Counted from the whole stretch's first letter, positions 43,001-56,981 are shown. The stretch: 57,969 nucleotides of DNA, filler included, from Sphacelaria rigidula (GCA_964200075.2; 3 parts of 3 records of this genome joined end to end with filler, not necessarily neighbours in it); one strand, 5' to 3'. Notes: a model not told the origin generated them from the letters alone. Numbers and translations are program-made.

Positions 43001-46000
43001 GGCAAGATCAACAAAACAAAAGTGGATCAGGTTGATTTTTTTCCAACTTTCTTCTCTGGTTTAGGGCGTTCTACTATGGTAAAAGACCATTCCTTCACGA
43101 GAACGCTCTGATCTCTTATGGAAAAAAAAGAAGGCCCACTTTTTTTTATCCGGCACTTTTTTGTGGTCCTCCACACCAAAATTCGTCGCCATCCGCTAAA
43201 TGCATCGATCAGGAGTTTCATAGAGATTTTAGTATCAGCGCTATCTCCTTTAGGTATAGAAATTACTAGACATGGGCGAGAAAATATGGGCCAAAACTTT
43301 TGAGCAGATGGGCACCTTCCCCTTGATTAGACGATTGATACGATATACAAATCACGGCCCAAGTCGTCTGTGTCGATGGGATGTTGCTTCTAGAGCTCAA
43401 ATCCGTTTTCAGGCTGGCCCAGGTCGTGTGGGTCATCATGCAACTTTGGATGAACAAGGTTTTGTATTCTTCAATTTATTACCGTTTTACGGAGGTCCGA
43501 CTGGATCGAAGTGCGTACCCCCAAAAAACTGGGACTGCCGAAAAACGGTGAAGGTAAACAAGTAAAAAAACTCGACCTTCGACAGTTGCGCGATGACCCA
43601 TAGCATATCTGTGCAAAATTTCAGGGTCTAACTCTTTAAAAGGGCGTGAAGTGTTGCCGATGAGTGTTTCGTGGGTGATGAGTGAACCGGCTCGTACCAA
43701 ACGGTTGAAACCATGTTCCGGTACCCGGATGCAAACAGATTCATGAACTGCAGCTGTTTCAGGGGTAGGTACTACACAGGATGCGCCTCAACGTGAAGGT
43801 ACTGCACGTAAAGCGAACGGAACTGCACGGCTACGCCAGCACAATGTGTAGGGGTTTTCTGTGTGCCATGTGCACAATGTAAACATGTCTGCGAAGCCAG
43901 TCATCTCATCTGACCTCACCGCGGCCGTGGGGGACAGTATCGTCTGGGTCGTATCGGTTGCGCTGCTGCTAGCGTTCGGGATTTCGAAAGCTTCTCCATT
44001 TCCGCATTGATTTTTTTCCCCGAGATGAGGAACTGCACCAACCGGGCGCACTACAAAAATGAGGTCTCAGCAACCTCTTCATCACCTGCTGGGCAAGGAT
44101 GGGGACGGCTCCGCAGCTCATGAAGTCGTGTCTAGCCTCCTCGCAGAGAGACACAGACCACAGGCAGAAGCACAACTCGTATAGAAGCTGGGACATGCTG
44201 CTGTCTCCTCCCTGAATCATGAAAATCGCAACACCAAAACGAACCATTAATGATCGCAGCATGCATTACTCTTCTATCGGCGGTTACAAAACGGCACAGC
44301 ACGGTATCACGGTGTTTTTGTATGACGATAACCGCGTTATGGGAAACGTTAAACTTTCCCCCAAAACCCGCACCGTCACCATTCTCAATGTCGACGAACA
44401 ACTGTAACCGCACGTGTTTTGATTTTAAATTCGTAGCATCGATAACGTTCTGACCACAATGAGCATAGCGTCACAACAATCCAAGAATCGAAAGTCGTCT
44501 TCGCTGTGGGAGTCGCACCAGTCAGACACGACCCCAAAGTCAACGTGTCGCAAGTGGCCATGGGGAAGCGTAGCACGGCATTGCCCACGGCAGCGATGAA
44601 GAGCGATAGTGTGCTGTCGGCCGCTCAAAACCGTTTAATCAACACGGAGACTACTTGTGAGGGCATAGACGTATACCCTTTCATGAGCACACCGTCATCC
44701 AACAACGGTGGCGAAAGTGTCAAACTGATGCAAAGTGATGCATACGGTAACTTGTGCCACACCGAGCTGCGCTGAGTGTACCGTGCTCGTAAGCGCAGGG
44801 AATCAATCCATTGGACAGTCTTCACCGACATTTTGCGATTTACTGCAGTGCAGTGCAGTTCAGTGTAGTGCATCGGCAGCCAGCATGTTAGCATACAGGC
44901 AACGCGAAAAAACAACGTGACCACGGTGCATGGTGCCGCACAGCAGACGTCCAAAGGCAAGAAAACGCTATGCGTACGGTACTACTGTAGTACTACAATA
45001 GAGTGCACTGCGCCATTCAATAATAGCAGACCTCGTGAGCACACGACACACGACACGCCGTCATCCCGAGGATCTTGGTACAGGAGCCGACACCACCGCA
45101 GCGAGCAATACTCAATCCAGGCCACGTAGGTTTGCCTAAAAATACTCATATCTACCATTTACCGGACGCTGAATGGCTTAGAAAATTGCCAAATGGTTCT
45201 GCTACCTCCTTCTACCCACGTCGAAGTGCCCTGTCCTGACTCTACCGCAGCACACCTGCATCCTGAGGATCTTCGTAAGCGAGCCCACCCCACCGTGGCG
45301 AGTGAACATGATACGGGCATCATCGTCGCGCAGTAGGACACACAAAGCCTGCACCGCACCCCTCACGCCCTGACTCCGACCCCGTCCAGTACTGAGCTGC
45401 CTGCAGATCCACGCGGTCAACGACTCCGTCTCCGCCTTCAAGCTCTGTTCCGTATGAACATATCCATTGACGGGGAAATGACGACACAATGCCACGGCGG
45501 CGGCGGGGAAGGAGCGGGGGGCAAGCGTTGAATGACACATATCGGTCACGTATTTCTTTGTTTTCTCCCTTCCCAGAGTTTCCTCTAGCGAGTGTTTCGC
45601 GTTTTGTTTAGCTGGGGCATCACCATCTCGTGACCGCGGCTGGATGTAAATGAAAACAGAGACCACTCCATGTGCGACAATCAAACCAACCAGAAAAATT
45701 CGGGCCACCGACTGACGATATGTTCAACGTAGTTACTGCCAAGGGACGATGACCCAACGACTTCTCCCTCCAAGTTTTGGGTTACATTAACCAACACTTT
45801 CCAACGTGAGCGAGACTCAGGATACCACGGAAGCGTGGGGCGTAAGCGCGAGACACAGCCACATCTCATCCACGACTCACTCCAGGGCATGTAGACGTTA
45901 AAATACACCTGGCGATGCAGACCTGCCCGATCATTATCGGGGCAATGCAGGAGAGGTCCACATATCCTACGAGAATGTACGAAGATAATAACATGAAAGG

Positions 46001-49000
46001 GCGATCGCTGAGGGTGTTAATGTCCTCGTGGCGGTGGACTGGAACATGGAAATGCCCGAGTTTCTCTTCGATTTAACGCGTGAAAATGTAGTAAAATATG
46101 TCAGCCTCACGCGGCACTTCTTGCGGGGAAACGGACAGCTAACAGCCAACAACAGTCAGCTATCAGCTAGAGGTAAGCACCGTACAACCCTTTTACCAAG
46201 GGGGAAATGGCAGCTTACGACCCATATGTTGATAACAACGCACTACATACCGGCAACTATCATCCACAGCGCGGCTGTAAATGTAAAGCATACGTACCAC
46301 GATGAGCAGGGCCAGCGATACGCTCGCTATCTGTTGCACCGCCGCATCCCCGGAAGATATGACGCGAAGGAAGGGGGTCTGGTCCAAAGGCTTACCCGGC
46401 TCGCAAAACAGCCGCGCGCGCCTGGATATGTCTTCCGCAACGATGTCCTCCGTCCTAGGTGACACAGTAAGCAAGGAAGGAAGCGTATCACAGCACAGCA
46501 CAGTAGCTTGAAAAGGGAGCACACAAGATGCAACGCACTCGTCATCCAAGCCGAATTATCATGATTCCAGCGAACGCTGCGTTCGTCATTGCACTATCTG
46601 CACGGGCTTCTTTCCCTTCAAAAACCTCTTCGCCGTGATGGTAATAAAAATGCCTGTACTGTCATGTGAATATGACACAATTGCGCTTTTCAGGCCGGCA
46701 TGATTCTACAAAGCCAGTAGAAGTACGAGCTGGGCCAGCTGAAAAGCTGCTAAAAGTTGCTCACACCACAGCTTCCCCCGTTTCCCGAATGAACCCGATG
46801 TAAGCATATCACTGTGAAGTGTAGACCAACCTGGTAACACACGGCACCGCCGCTGAATGAAAAAAAAGAAGAAGAAAAAAAAGTACAACATAGTATATGA
46901 CCTCAACGACGGACGAAAAAAAAAAATAATCTGTCGGGATTCGAATTCATGACCTCCATAATTGGAGTCTCCCATCACTTGAATTATAGGTGTGGAGCAG
47001 CGTCACGCAAAATGTTGCACGCAAAACCCAGTTTGACGACTTTTGAGCTGAAATTTGAGGAAGACCTTCTGCACCCAAGAAAATGATATGTCACGTGAGC
47101 AGCTGCATATTCTCATTTCTTTTCCTAGACTTGTGGCATTATCTTGTTTCTGCTGAAATTTCGAATCCCCATATCTTCCTTGATTTTTATTTCTTCTTTG
47201 CTGCTCACGTGATCTTCTGCATTTCGATCAAAAAAAGCTGCTGTCGAAATTTCAGCGTTCAACTCTCAACATCACGCCGTGCGTCGCCTAAGAGAGATTC
47301 ACACCTACTTTTGGCTGGCCCAGCTCGTAGTAACGCCAAGGGTAGGACGAAAACAACCCATGCTGTGGATACGGCCGTCACACATTTCCCTCAAACCAAG
47401 TACCGTGCCCTGAATCCTTGTCCCACCCCGGGGGGCGACGAGTCTGAATTAGATGAAATGAACCGTCAGATGCAGTAGACCACGAAGAACTTGACTGGTG
47501 TGACGGAAGTCTGCAACACGACTTGGACGAAAGTCATGTCTTGGCTCAATTTTGGGGCATAAGTTTTTCTTTTGCTCTCCATGAGAATAAAAAAATATCT
47601 CGCGGAACAGTGATTGACGTCGCCCGATTCTGGTCAATCGTTTTGCTGCCAGTTTTTTTTTCAATACTGTAGGCAGGTTTCCTACTCTACTGCAGATTTG
47701 GAACAAGAAAAAAAGCGAACGGGGAGACAGTCGGGAACATATTAACCGGAACGACGGCGGTTTGTAGCGGCCACACCTGGACCGTACGATTCCTACAGCC
47801 CGCAACGTAACACGCACACCGATCTGTAGCTCTTAGTTGATTGAGCACGGTGTCCATTTCTTCATGGGGTTCGATTCAGTGAAATGTGTTTTCAGTGGCC
47901 ATATCCAGTTAGAACCACCCAACTGGTGCGCCAATACGACAGTTTCCATTTTGATTTCCGCGCATGTTGGTGTTAGCCCTTCCCTACTCAACCTACTCAA
48001 CTTACTCGACCGAATTCCGTAAACTCAAGTTTTGCATGCTACAGCTGAGGAAGGGACTACCATGAGATCAGGTGCATCTGTGCTCTGCTCCACACGTGCT
48101 GACAAAGGCGGGGGTATGTTGGGGAACCTACATTTGTACGGGCCTGTGGAACGTCCTACAATTAATTCTTATGGGACGTGAGTACCATCTTTCAACCACC
48201 CGACCCGCTTATTACCGCCCCGGACCCATTAACCCGGACAGTCATCCCTGAGAATATACTCTTCCATTACCGAGTCCAGGGCTACCCTCATACTCCTCAC
48301 TTCGGGGCCGTGGCTCCCCCGCGTTGTTGTCCATAACTCATAGACCTTGGTCTTACGAGATAGATGCACCTGCCACGTACGATATGCTAGCAACTGCGGT
48401 CGTCCGCTTGTGGGTCACGCGAGCCTTCTCAGTATTTGGTCCACCGGTAACGATGATTCATGACCGGGATATGGTTCACGCTACACAACGTTGAATAATA
48501 TTCAACATGCACATATGGAGTTATTCCGGATCTGGTACTTCTTATCACTAGGCATGAATTATATCGTGATAAAGCTGCGTTTCAGGCGGATCGAACCATC
48601 CATTCAAAGGTAAACATCGGTCAAGATTTCGGAGCTCGAGGGAGGGATCTTGCGTTATAATATATCGGATTTGGACGTAATTACGCAACTTTCTGTACAA
48701 GGAGCAACCTTTTTCAGCCAATGTCGAGTGAAAAACGCGAAATAAATCCCTCTTTCCCCGCTCCAGCTGTGGAGATTTATGCTCGACGTTAGACAGATAA
48801 TGTAAAAAAAAAAGTCTTCGGATTCGGGCAAATTAACCTTTCACCCAGTACCATTGATTATGAGTACACTCCCTCCAGAAAAAATGAAGGCCGCCGTATC
48901 ACACCTCAAAGTTACGGGCGAAAAACGAGGATTCTCAACTTGTCCCCTGTATCCTTGATGAAAATACCTCTTGACCATGGTTTAATGCTCGTTACTCGTA

Positions 49001-50041
49001 GTTCAAAGCATTCAGTAGTTTCGCCCAACTCGATGATGTTCGCTCCCGGTGAGTCGTTGAAATATGCCAAAAATAGTATGTGTATCGTTCCCATTTTTAC
49101 ATATGCGCTATTACTTGATTAAATTACGGCTTACGGCCGTTGTTCATTTCTTCCTACACTCGGTTATGGTATGCCTTGGCCACGCGATTACTGTGCCCTT
49201 TGTTCCAGTTTCAAACTCTCGAATATTACCGCCAACCGCCGGTACCCCATTCGCTGAAAATAATGTTGCATGGACCATACGATATTTCACAAACTGTTTT
49301 CGGGTATACAGGAAACGCACAGCTCTGACTACCGCCACCACGGCAACTCCGTCCTTGAGCGTGTTCACGGTACCGTCCACAATATGCTCGTCATGCCAGA
49401 GACTTTTGCTTGCCGCCACGGGACTGACTTCCTGCCTTTTGCGCACTTGGCACACAACACCGCTACCGCGACTACGTGACAGGAAATGCTTCACTTCGTC
49501 ATGTACCCATCTCCTCAGCACACTCCTACCGTCCAAGGCAGTACAGGCAGCACTCGTGCGTGCGGTACATCTTACCCATGAGCGAACAGGCAGCAACTTC
49601 TTACTGGGTGTAAGGTGTCCCGAGGGTACAACGGCCTTCTTCCTTGAACGGATTGGTGCGACGGATATTTTTCACTGTGACCCTGACGGCCTATACCCGA
49701 TAGGAGTTGAAACACTGGTACATCGGCGGTTGACTTTCACGATCGGCGCTTCGCGTCCAGACCATAGGGCAGGCCGGATCTATGGGGTAGCCAGTGCGAC
49801 GACTGCTGTATGGTGGGGTAGGAATCACCTATTAATAGTGAGGAAAACACGATATACAAAAGACAGGACAACACACAACTTGACAATAAGCGTACCGGGA
49901 TACGGCGAACTGCTGGGCTCTCGTGTCGCTGGTGAGGTTTCCCATGAGCTTCATCAAAAGACGAACATATTTCCTGGCCTCGGCCTCGTTGTGCACCAGG
50001 TATTCAACGGGGCTCTCGTCGCTAGCCTGGAGCATCTCCAC
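40048..50041 (-). CDS. ATP6V1H: V-type proton ATPase subunit H, partial (N-terminal armadillo-like domain); first exon(s) and C-terminal exons not found
   Basis: Phase-consistent exons 49896-50041 (VEMLQASDE...KYVRLLMKLMGNL), 46298-46454 (TEDIVAEDISRRARLF...PFLRVI), 45256-45444 (LTAWICRQL...AVQALCVLLR), 44086-44211 (QLLYELCFCLWSVSL), 41553-41624 (STEKVIRVSLAALKHL), 40048-40163 (EMIACGLPKTLEHMKNRKFADPDIAEDV). QLxYE..fcxW.Ls, kEKvxR and rkw.D.Di.eD are subunit H motifs. Confidence 0.92.
40191..40832. repeat. ~174 bp direct repeat (40191-40364 and 40658-40832)
   Basis: ttgtatttgaataaaaacatacggggtg...gccgcccagttcgtatacacatat occurs twice with few mismatches, separated by ~293 bp. Confidence 0.93.
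41900..43730. mobile_element. Non-autonomous DNA-transposon-like block with nested inverted repeats (boundaries approximate)
   Basis: Inner hairpin 42640-42750 / 42778-42895; gaccctgaaactt..caaatgtgcta motif at ~42200 and ~42570, inverted at ~43600-43630; AT-rich and non-coding. Confidence 0.6.
46700..47000 (-). mobile_element. Degenerate SINE-like fragment
   Basis: B-box-like gaaTTCGAATCCc on the minus strand (~46935-46950) with A/T-rich stretches. Confidence 0.35.
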
Positions 50042-51439
50042 CTGATTCCGACACCCAAATTACAAAACGCAAAAAATATCAAGAAGTCGAAGAGCTGTGA
50101 CAATAGCAGCGACCGCGCGGAGATTGTCAAGACCATCACTCCTTCACTCATCAACATGTACGTTGACAAGGTGACGCCCGCGGTGATCAACGGGAACCCG
50201 TGTGCACCACGTTCGAAGCGGAGCACGCAACGTATGGCAGTACAGTTTCATACTGTACACAGCGCTTGAACGAACATGACATTTTCAATGCCGCTTTTCG
50301 TAGAGTGCCGAGAACATCCTGCTTCGTCACGTAACTGAACGCTCAGTAGTGCACTGGTTGTGTGGTCTTCCAAACATTCTCTGTCTTCTGTCTGAATGAG
50401 AACGGGAACATGTCCACCGGCAATCTGGTGCTGAGCACGCCCTAGACGCGGAGAGCATCGTTGCTCTACTCCGCTGAAGACATGAGCAGGCATCAGCACC
50501 GCAATGCTTGCTATCCTCATATGGAGGGATACGTTTGGTACACCAAAAGGTTCCCACAACGCTTGTAGCCTGACAGTCTGGCCGTCACTATCCGGACCAA
50601 TCAGGTGACTGTACCAATTTTTACCAAGTCACCTATACTGACCCCACCTGAGAGCCCTGCAAGTTCCTCCGTGACGTCACAAGAAAGCCAGTACACGGTG
50701 CCGTACAGCACAAGAGTAGGTGAATAAACGGAACACCATCGTCCTATCGCTGCGTTCCTTGTAGGGCAGAAATTTAGACTATTTTTCCCGAGATAATGCC
50801 AGCGAACATTTTTTTCATGTCAGAGCAACGCGGTACCTTTGGGTCTGGGGATTGACCGAATCGATGGTGGTGGGCGGGTACGAGAGCGCCGTATAGACAA
50901 ACGTGATGAACATGTTGAGGTACAAGATGGGGGTTCGGAGGGAGACACGAAGATATGACACACACAACAAACATGCGCGGGGCGCGCGAGGAAGAATTTC
51001 ACCAGCGGAGCAAAGACATGCACATGACAAGACACGTTTTTCCAACATGTTGCAGACAATAAATTACAAGCGGGTTTAGAAAAAAAAAGCAGCGTTGGGA
51101 GTGCTATCTATGGTATACAGTTCACCCACGCGCGAGCAAGACATGTAGACCGAACTGGTTCTCCGTAATCATTCTCTGCGAATAGGATGAAGGAGGCTGT
51201 GCTAGCACACCGCCCATCGCCTAGATATCTCGCGTCAGGTGGTGTGTGACCTCATGAACAGGCTAGTATGGACTCGGGAAATGTTGTATCATGCCACGCC
51301 TTACCAAGGATACACTTTCAGTTTGATGTGCGGGTGCATCCTTGTTGTCAATTACTTCAGAGCTCTTAGAGATCAACACAAAAGACATCGTGTACAATTC
51401 GTAGCACAAACGGTAGTAGCCTTGAGGGGTTGAAGTCAA

Positions 51440-52945
51440 CGAAAAGGATGCAAGAGCCAAGTCGCCGACCTCGAGCGCTTCCAGTACAAAGAACATCAAG
51501 CACGACAAATTCCATCCTCGATATCGGATGAGACAGACTATTGGTCTTGACACCGAGCAGCACCGCGAGATACGTCGCGTCCTGGGCTGGGTCACTTTTT
51601 GCCAAGTCATGAATCGACAACGTGCACCGGGGGCTTTCGATCTTTTTGTAGGATACGTAAACGCCTCCGTGTTTGGTGCTCAGCGACATCAAAACCAAGA
51701 ACGATGTGCTGCAACACAACGCGGAATACTCTCCGATGCTACCATACCATAACCGTATAAGCTACTGTACAGTATCGTCGCGTGAACTTGAGAGTAGCGA
51801 CATGACACTTGTCACTGACATGGGAAAAACTGAACATAACGAACGCAGTTTCCCGTCGTGGTCGATAGGCTGGTTCGCCGTCTCCATTCGGGAGAGCAAA
51901 AAATATGCGAGTTTCTGGGGGGTTTTGGGACATGCCTCCCTTGGGATTCGGATCGTGAGAAGTCTGCGATGCCCTTGAGAACGAAGATGTAACCCTACTA
52001 CAAGACGACACTACTTTACAGGATACAGGATATGAGAAAAGTATCAGAGTAGTAGAACGAGGCACGGTTCAAATCAGTGTCTCGTGAGGGAAGGCTTGGT
52101 GAAGTGACAGTAAGTTTCATTGGAGCAAACAACACGCTACATGTGTGAAGAAGTGCCAAAGCGTTGTTGATCGACTGCACTTCTCCACCCCCGAACACTC
52201 GTTCGTGAGCTCGTAAATCTTGTACCCCAGATGTCATCGGAGTGGGAAAACGAAGGCCAAAAGGTTCCTTCCATTCGTAAGATGTGGAGGTTTGGGGGGG
52301 GATGCGTGAGACCTTGAAGGGCCTCGTCTGCCGAGATAGTCTCAGCTTTTTGAAAGCGCAAAAAAGGGGGAATCGCAAGGGCTTAGACGTCACCAACTGG
52401 AGAGCCCCGAGTTTTTGGGCCGAGACAAAACGTGCCCGCGATTTTGATCATTTCGGCGACTTTGCCGATCACCGAGAACAGCAAATGCAGAACGGCGGCG
52501 GGTTGTTTGTAGAGCACGGTTCACTCTCTAGACGGCGGCGAATTCAAAAGTACCGCCTGCGATCTGTGGAACCGAAATAAGCACGTGGGGCTCATGTACA
52601 CGACCAAAAGCCCAAAGCTTGCGTTCAAAGGGCCTCGATCCGTAAGTCCTACTGTAGTGTTTGAGCGACAGTAGTGATTCCCTCCAAGTGACACTTTCTG
52701 CAAAAGGCGCTCAAAAGCAGTCGAGCGTGGGTTTTTGTTGCTGTGATTCTCAACTCTGGGGATGCAACCTGCATGCATGCATCGAATCGAAGCTCAGCTT
52801 CATCGAGCAGTACTGTTGGGTGCACATGGTGAACCTGGAAAACGTTGATGTGCTGCAGGGTCACCTTCAAGCTACGCGCAAGACCCGGCACACTGGACGA
52901 GACTTGGCAGCAAGAGCGGCAGCTCGCAGCAGAGATGCATCCTGA
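51440..52945 (+). pseudogene. Degenerate DNA transposase relic (DUF6729-associated type)
   Basis: Frameshifted fragments in the expected order: KHDKFHPRYRM (DxFH), HFGDFADH...GLFVEHG...KYRL / ICGTE (resembles G.lsDp..LY..G..YRC.RGT..E). Motif recognition only. Confidence 0.4.
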
Positions 52946-54608
52946 CTACCCGAACATCAGCTAAGACTTCTTCGGGCACACCCACAAACACCAGTCACGA
53001 ATCACTCAGGAGATGTTGAGCTACCAGGCACAAGGTATGTGAACTCTCATACTCAGTGCAGCACTTCACGTAGACTATGCCACTTGCAGCTACCGTATTC
53101 AATGCCACCGCGCTACCCAGAGCCAACGCACCTCCTGCTGAGAAAGGAACCCGCCAGAGCGCACAAGCGTAGCCCAATCGACGTCCGAAAACTTGACGTG
53201 GATTTCTCCGTGTCCCTGGCGGCTGAAGATTCCACCAAGCAGTCCAGGCTCACTGTCGTTGTCCATACGGCCCACAGCACTTCCCACGCTCGCTGCCCTG
53301 CCCCCTCCCAATAGCGATGAACGTTCCATTTGCTGTACCGCAGTTGTACTCGCAGCGTAAGTCAAGTCAAGAGCTCCGACTTCCCCAGCTGTTTGATCGC
53401 TCGACACTCAGTGTACAGACAACTGAAAGGGTGGCAATTCCGAAATGCAAGAGCTACCTTTACTGTGCTGTTCTCAGCTGCTAGATGGCCCTCTGCGGGT
53501 GGACGTTTGGGTACTACACTCGGAGTAAAGACACTAATGCTTCTAGCACGCAAGACAATGCGCCGGTCGTGGCACAGAGATGTGGCTAGCTTAAAAGGGG
53601 AGCACTTCGTCCATCGTTTCGGTACTGCAAGCAGGCTCCCTCTTGCCACGCATAGTCTATCGTCCTGCAGCTATTTTTGTTTTTTAACACCCCTCCACTG
53701 GAAAAACAGCTACATCACGGAACAGTGGCTAAATCATCCGAGCCTGTTCTCATTATAGCCAACAGGACCATCACTAACCTCTCTGCGTCTCGTTGAGACC
53801 TTGATTGCTTGGCCTTCAGCTCCCAAGCAAGGTAAGCCGCCAAATACACTGTCAGTACATGTAGCGAAACTGTTCTTTTTTCGATTTTTGTTCTTGGCTC
53901 GGGGATACGTCGCTGTCGATAACAGGTGTGTTCGCTCGAAGATGGACATTTGACCGTTGAGGTGGTGAGCGCTCACGGGGTCGGTGGTCAGATGTCATTT
54001 TGATGTGCAGGGCATGCGGCCTTGACACCAGTAAGCGCTCAGAATGCTCAACACGTAGACATCTTGACCTCTGATCGTGAGCGTTCATACCCTCGATGTA
54101 CAGTACTTGTACTGCATTGTTTCATACGTTCAAACGTTCAAATATCCATTTTCAGGAACAATATACTCCGGTTCTATTATTATACCATACAGCGTTTGTT
54201 CAGTGTTCAGTATTGTTTTAAAATCTAGATACGGTTCGTAGTCTGTACCCATGTTTTGGTCAACGCATTGGCACGCGTGAGCAGGTTCCAAGGACAAAAA
54301 GTGTCCAACTTGGGACCAATATGCAGGTACAGACAGAGGCCAAAACAGACAATTTTGCGTGCCGTGCCGTCGAACATCGAATTCGGGGCATTCTGGGCTG
54401 GCTCCCTGGACGTCGGTAGTCTCCTCTAATCAAGATATTGTATACTCGTATGGGCATGATTATCAACCTTTCACACGTTAGACAGCTCATGAACTCATTG
54501 AATATCACTTCTTATTAGTGTACTGATCCGGATCATGCGCTATAAATAGCTCATTTGGCCCCGTTTCCTCATTTGCTCCCTACGAGTACAGGGCTAGACA
54601 CCCAGAAC

Positions 54609-54650
54609 GCGGAGTAGCGCAACGGTAGCGCTTTGGCTTCTCGGACCTCG
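54609..54650 (+). mobile_element. tRNA-like SINE head remnant
   Basis: gcggaGTAGCGCAACGGTAGCGC resembles a tRNA D-arm/A box; no T-arm or acceptor partner follows. Confidence 0.3.
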
Positions 54651-56166
54651 CTGTCTCATATTTTGTGTTATTCAACGGGTCTGATAGCCCTCTTTGATGC
54701 ATTTAGGTAGCTCATGAGCTGTCCGAAGTGTGCAACTTTTACCTCCACCATTCGAGCAGAGTACAGGCTGGTTTAGGGGCAGTGCCCAAAATCTGTTCCC
54801 CGCTAGACCCAGAACGCAGAACTGTCGCGATAGAAACACATCCTTGGTTCATCATAGTGACCCCCACGAGCAAGCAGTGTAACGGGGCCAGATTTTTTTC
54901 TTAGTCTATGTATGCTGTGGCGCTAGAAGTGAAGAGGTTGCTCGGCCGATCAGGGACCTTCAAGTTGTACTGAAATTAAAAGGGCAAATTCCCGATACGA
55001 TTCCTCCCTAGTCTCGTCATGAAACGAACCATGGTAACCGCCATCGGCTAGGGAATCTAACACAGAAAACAATTTTAAAAACGGCTTGTATGGGATCGAG
55101 TTATGTACTCCAAACCATGGTATCCCAGTACACTACAGTGATGCAGAGGTTTGGCGTCGTCGGATCTCCACTGATGATGTATCGGCTCCCCGCATTGACG
55201 TGAACAACTCGATTAATTTATAGGACCCATATTTGTTTTCAAGTCTTGACCCGAATAACGCTTGTCATTTCAAAAAATCATCGATGTGCATTGATGTGCA
55301 TAGTCAACCAAGGCGCACAGGAGAAGTGTGGCACGAAGGAGCCGGGGCGCTGTTCTTTTGATGGCGCGGCCGTGTGAGCCTCAGGGCGGTTTGGATAGCG
55401 ATTTTGTTGTCTGTTTGGAGAGATGCATCTCTAGCGCATCCACTGCAGGCGACATGTCGGCACCGCACCGACTGATCAAGTAAGCTACTGTATTCACAAT
55501 CCCCGTATATCCTTCGTGCAGTCTTCTTAGATGGTGTGTGTCGCCAGCAGTGGTTGTGCTGTTGGCGTCATCAAGTGCGGTCGCCATTTGCAGACAAACC
55601 CAGGAGAATTTGGCTTGCTTTCGAAGTGAAGAGCAGAAAAAATCCAGTAGCAACCTACCTGTCTGCTGTGGTGCACAGAGCGTACGCTACGGTATTGTCT
55701 GTACGACAGGTGAAGGCTGCAGCTCGTGGTTTGGTGAGTGTATCTGAGCGCACGACTGACGCAGGCGTAATGAATATGTGCAAATTTTGTATTGATCTTT
55801 TGAGTGCCTCTTGTTTTGTTCGACAGCGATCTACTGCCGCTGACGACGCCAGCAACAGCAAAGATTCAAACCCTGAGCGATTTTCCAGACGCAACGCAGC
55901 TATCCGGCTGTCTGCTCGTGGCAACAGACCGTGTGGTTGTGACCAAGAATGTATGTTGCAATCAAGTCACGCGTCGGATGGCCCCTTCATATGTTTCCTG
56001 CTTGATCATTTCTACAGTCGCTATCTTCGTTTATTTGTGTATATGTATTCTGCTGCATTCCGGAAGAGACCAACATGAGGTGTTTCTTCAGTCAGGTGAC
56101 CTCGGGTAATCATCGCTGTTGAAAAATAATCTTGCGGATGATGGTGATACCTAAAGTGCAGCAGTA

Positions 56167-56903
56167 CTTCCTGTGTGCCATAAGTGCAGTCTTTCACGGG
56201 TTGCAAATAGTTTTTCCCAACGGAGATGCTCACGATACTTGAGTGAGGTTTGTTGAAAGAAAAATCATGGTCCTCATTAAAGATAAAACGATTCATACGT
56301 ATTATTACTGAGAATGTTGGGATCGAAAATTGGGAATTTTCGGGGGGATCAGTGTGGAACGTACCGGGCGGGGTATCGGCGCGGGTTAGGTCAGGAGCGT
56401 TGGAAACGGCGGTAAAATACGATCGAGAGGCCTTCACTAAGGCCTGGGACTATCTAGCACCAGCTTCCAGTGATGGTGAGGACGTTTTCCTCTTTGTACT
56501 TACCCCCCCCAGGAATGGTCAAAGGTCAAACGCCCCCGCCCCCCCGAATAATAGTGACTACACTCCCCCTAGAATGTGTTGTGATTGCGTTGGTATGCCA
56601 TATATTCTGTACGCCAGTCCACCTCTCGGTTCATGTGAGCGCATCAGCCGGGGCCAGACAGGAGGAAGGTCAGCACAGGAGGTTTCTCCTTTATTTGTTA
56701 CTTTTTTGTTTTACTCCACCTTCCTTGTGCGGTGGAATAGGGGCGAAATACCGCCATCATCGGGCGACTTGATTCTCTCTCGACCGTTGGCCCATGCAGG
56801 GGAATGCGTGGACAGAGGAAATAAAAACACTCATGACGAGAAAATCGGACTCGGTTAAGGGCCCGTGTATGCGTAAAATACGTAACTTATGGCACAGAGG
56901 AAG
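56167..56903. mobile_element. Stowaway/Tc1-mariner-like MITE (copy 3)
   Basis: TA|cttcctgtgtgccataagt ... acttatggcacagaggaag|TA; same TIR as 9633-10221 and 35950-36487 with a different interior. Confidence 0.85.
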
Positions 56904-56981
56904 TATGTAGTTACCGGTCGATCACGCCCTTGCCTGTCCGACTGCCCCCTTATTCCACAGAGAGGTCACAAGAAAAATATA

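Noticed and set aside
49064..50269. Longest ORF in the window (401 aa, + strand)
   Set aside because: No recognisable domain; it overlaps a V-ATPase H exon antisense and is probably spurious.
50838..50975. Candidate first exon of V-ATPase H
   Set aside because: A donor-like site exists, but the phase-compatible frame has no similarity to subunit H N-termini.
56250..56858. 202-aa ORF inside MITE copy 3 as a transposase
   Set aside because: No HTH or DDE/D motifs; low-complexity, Pro-rich translation.
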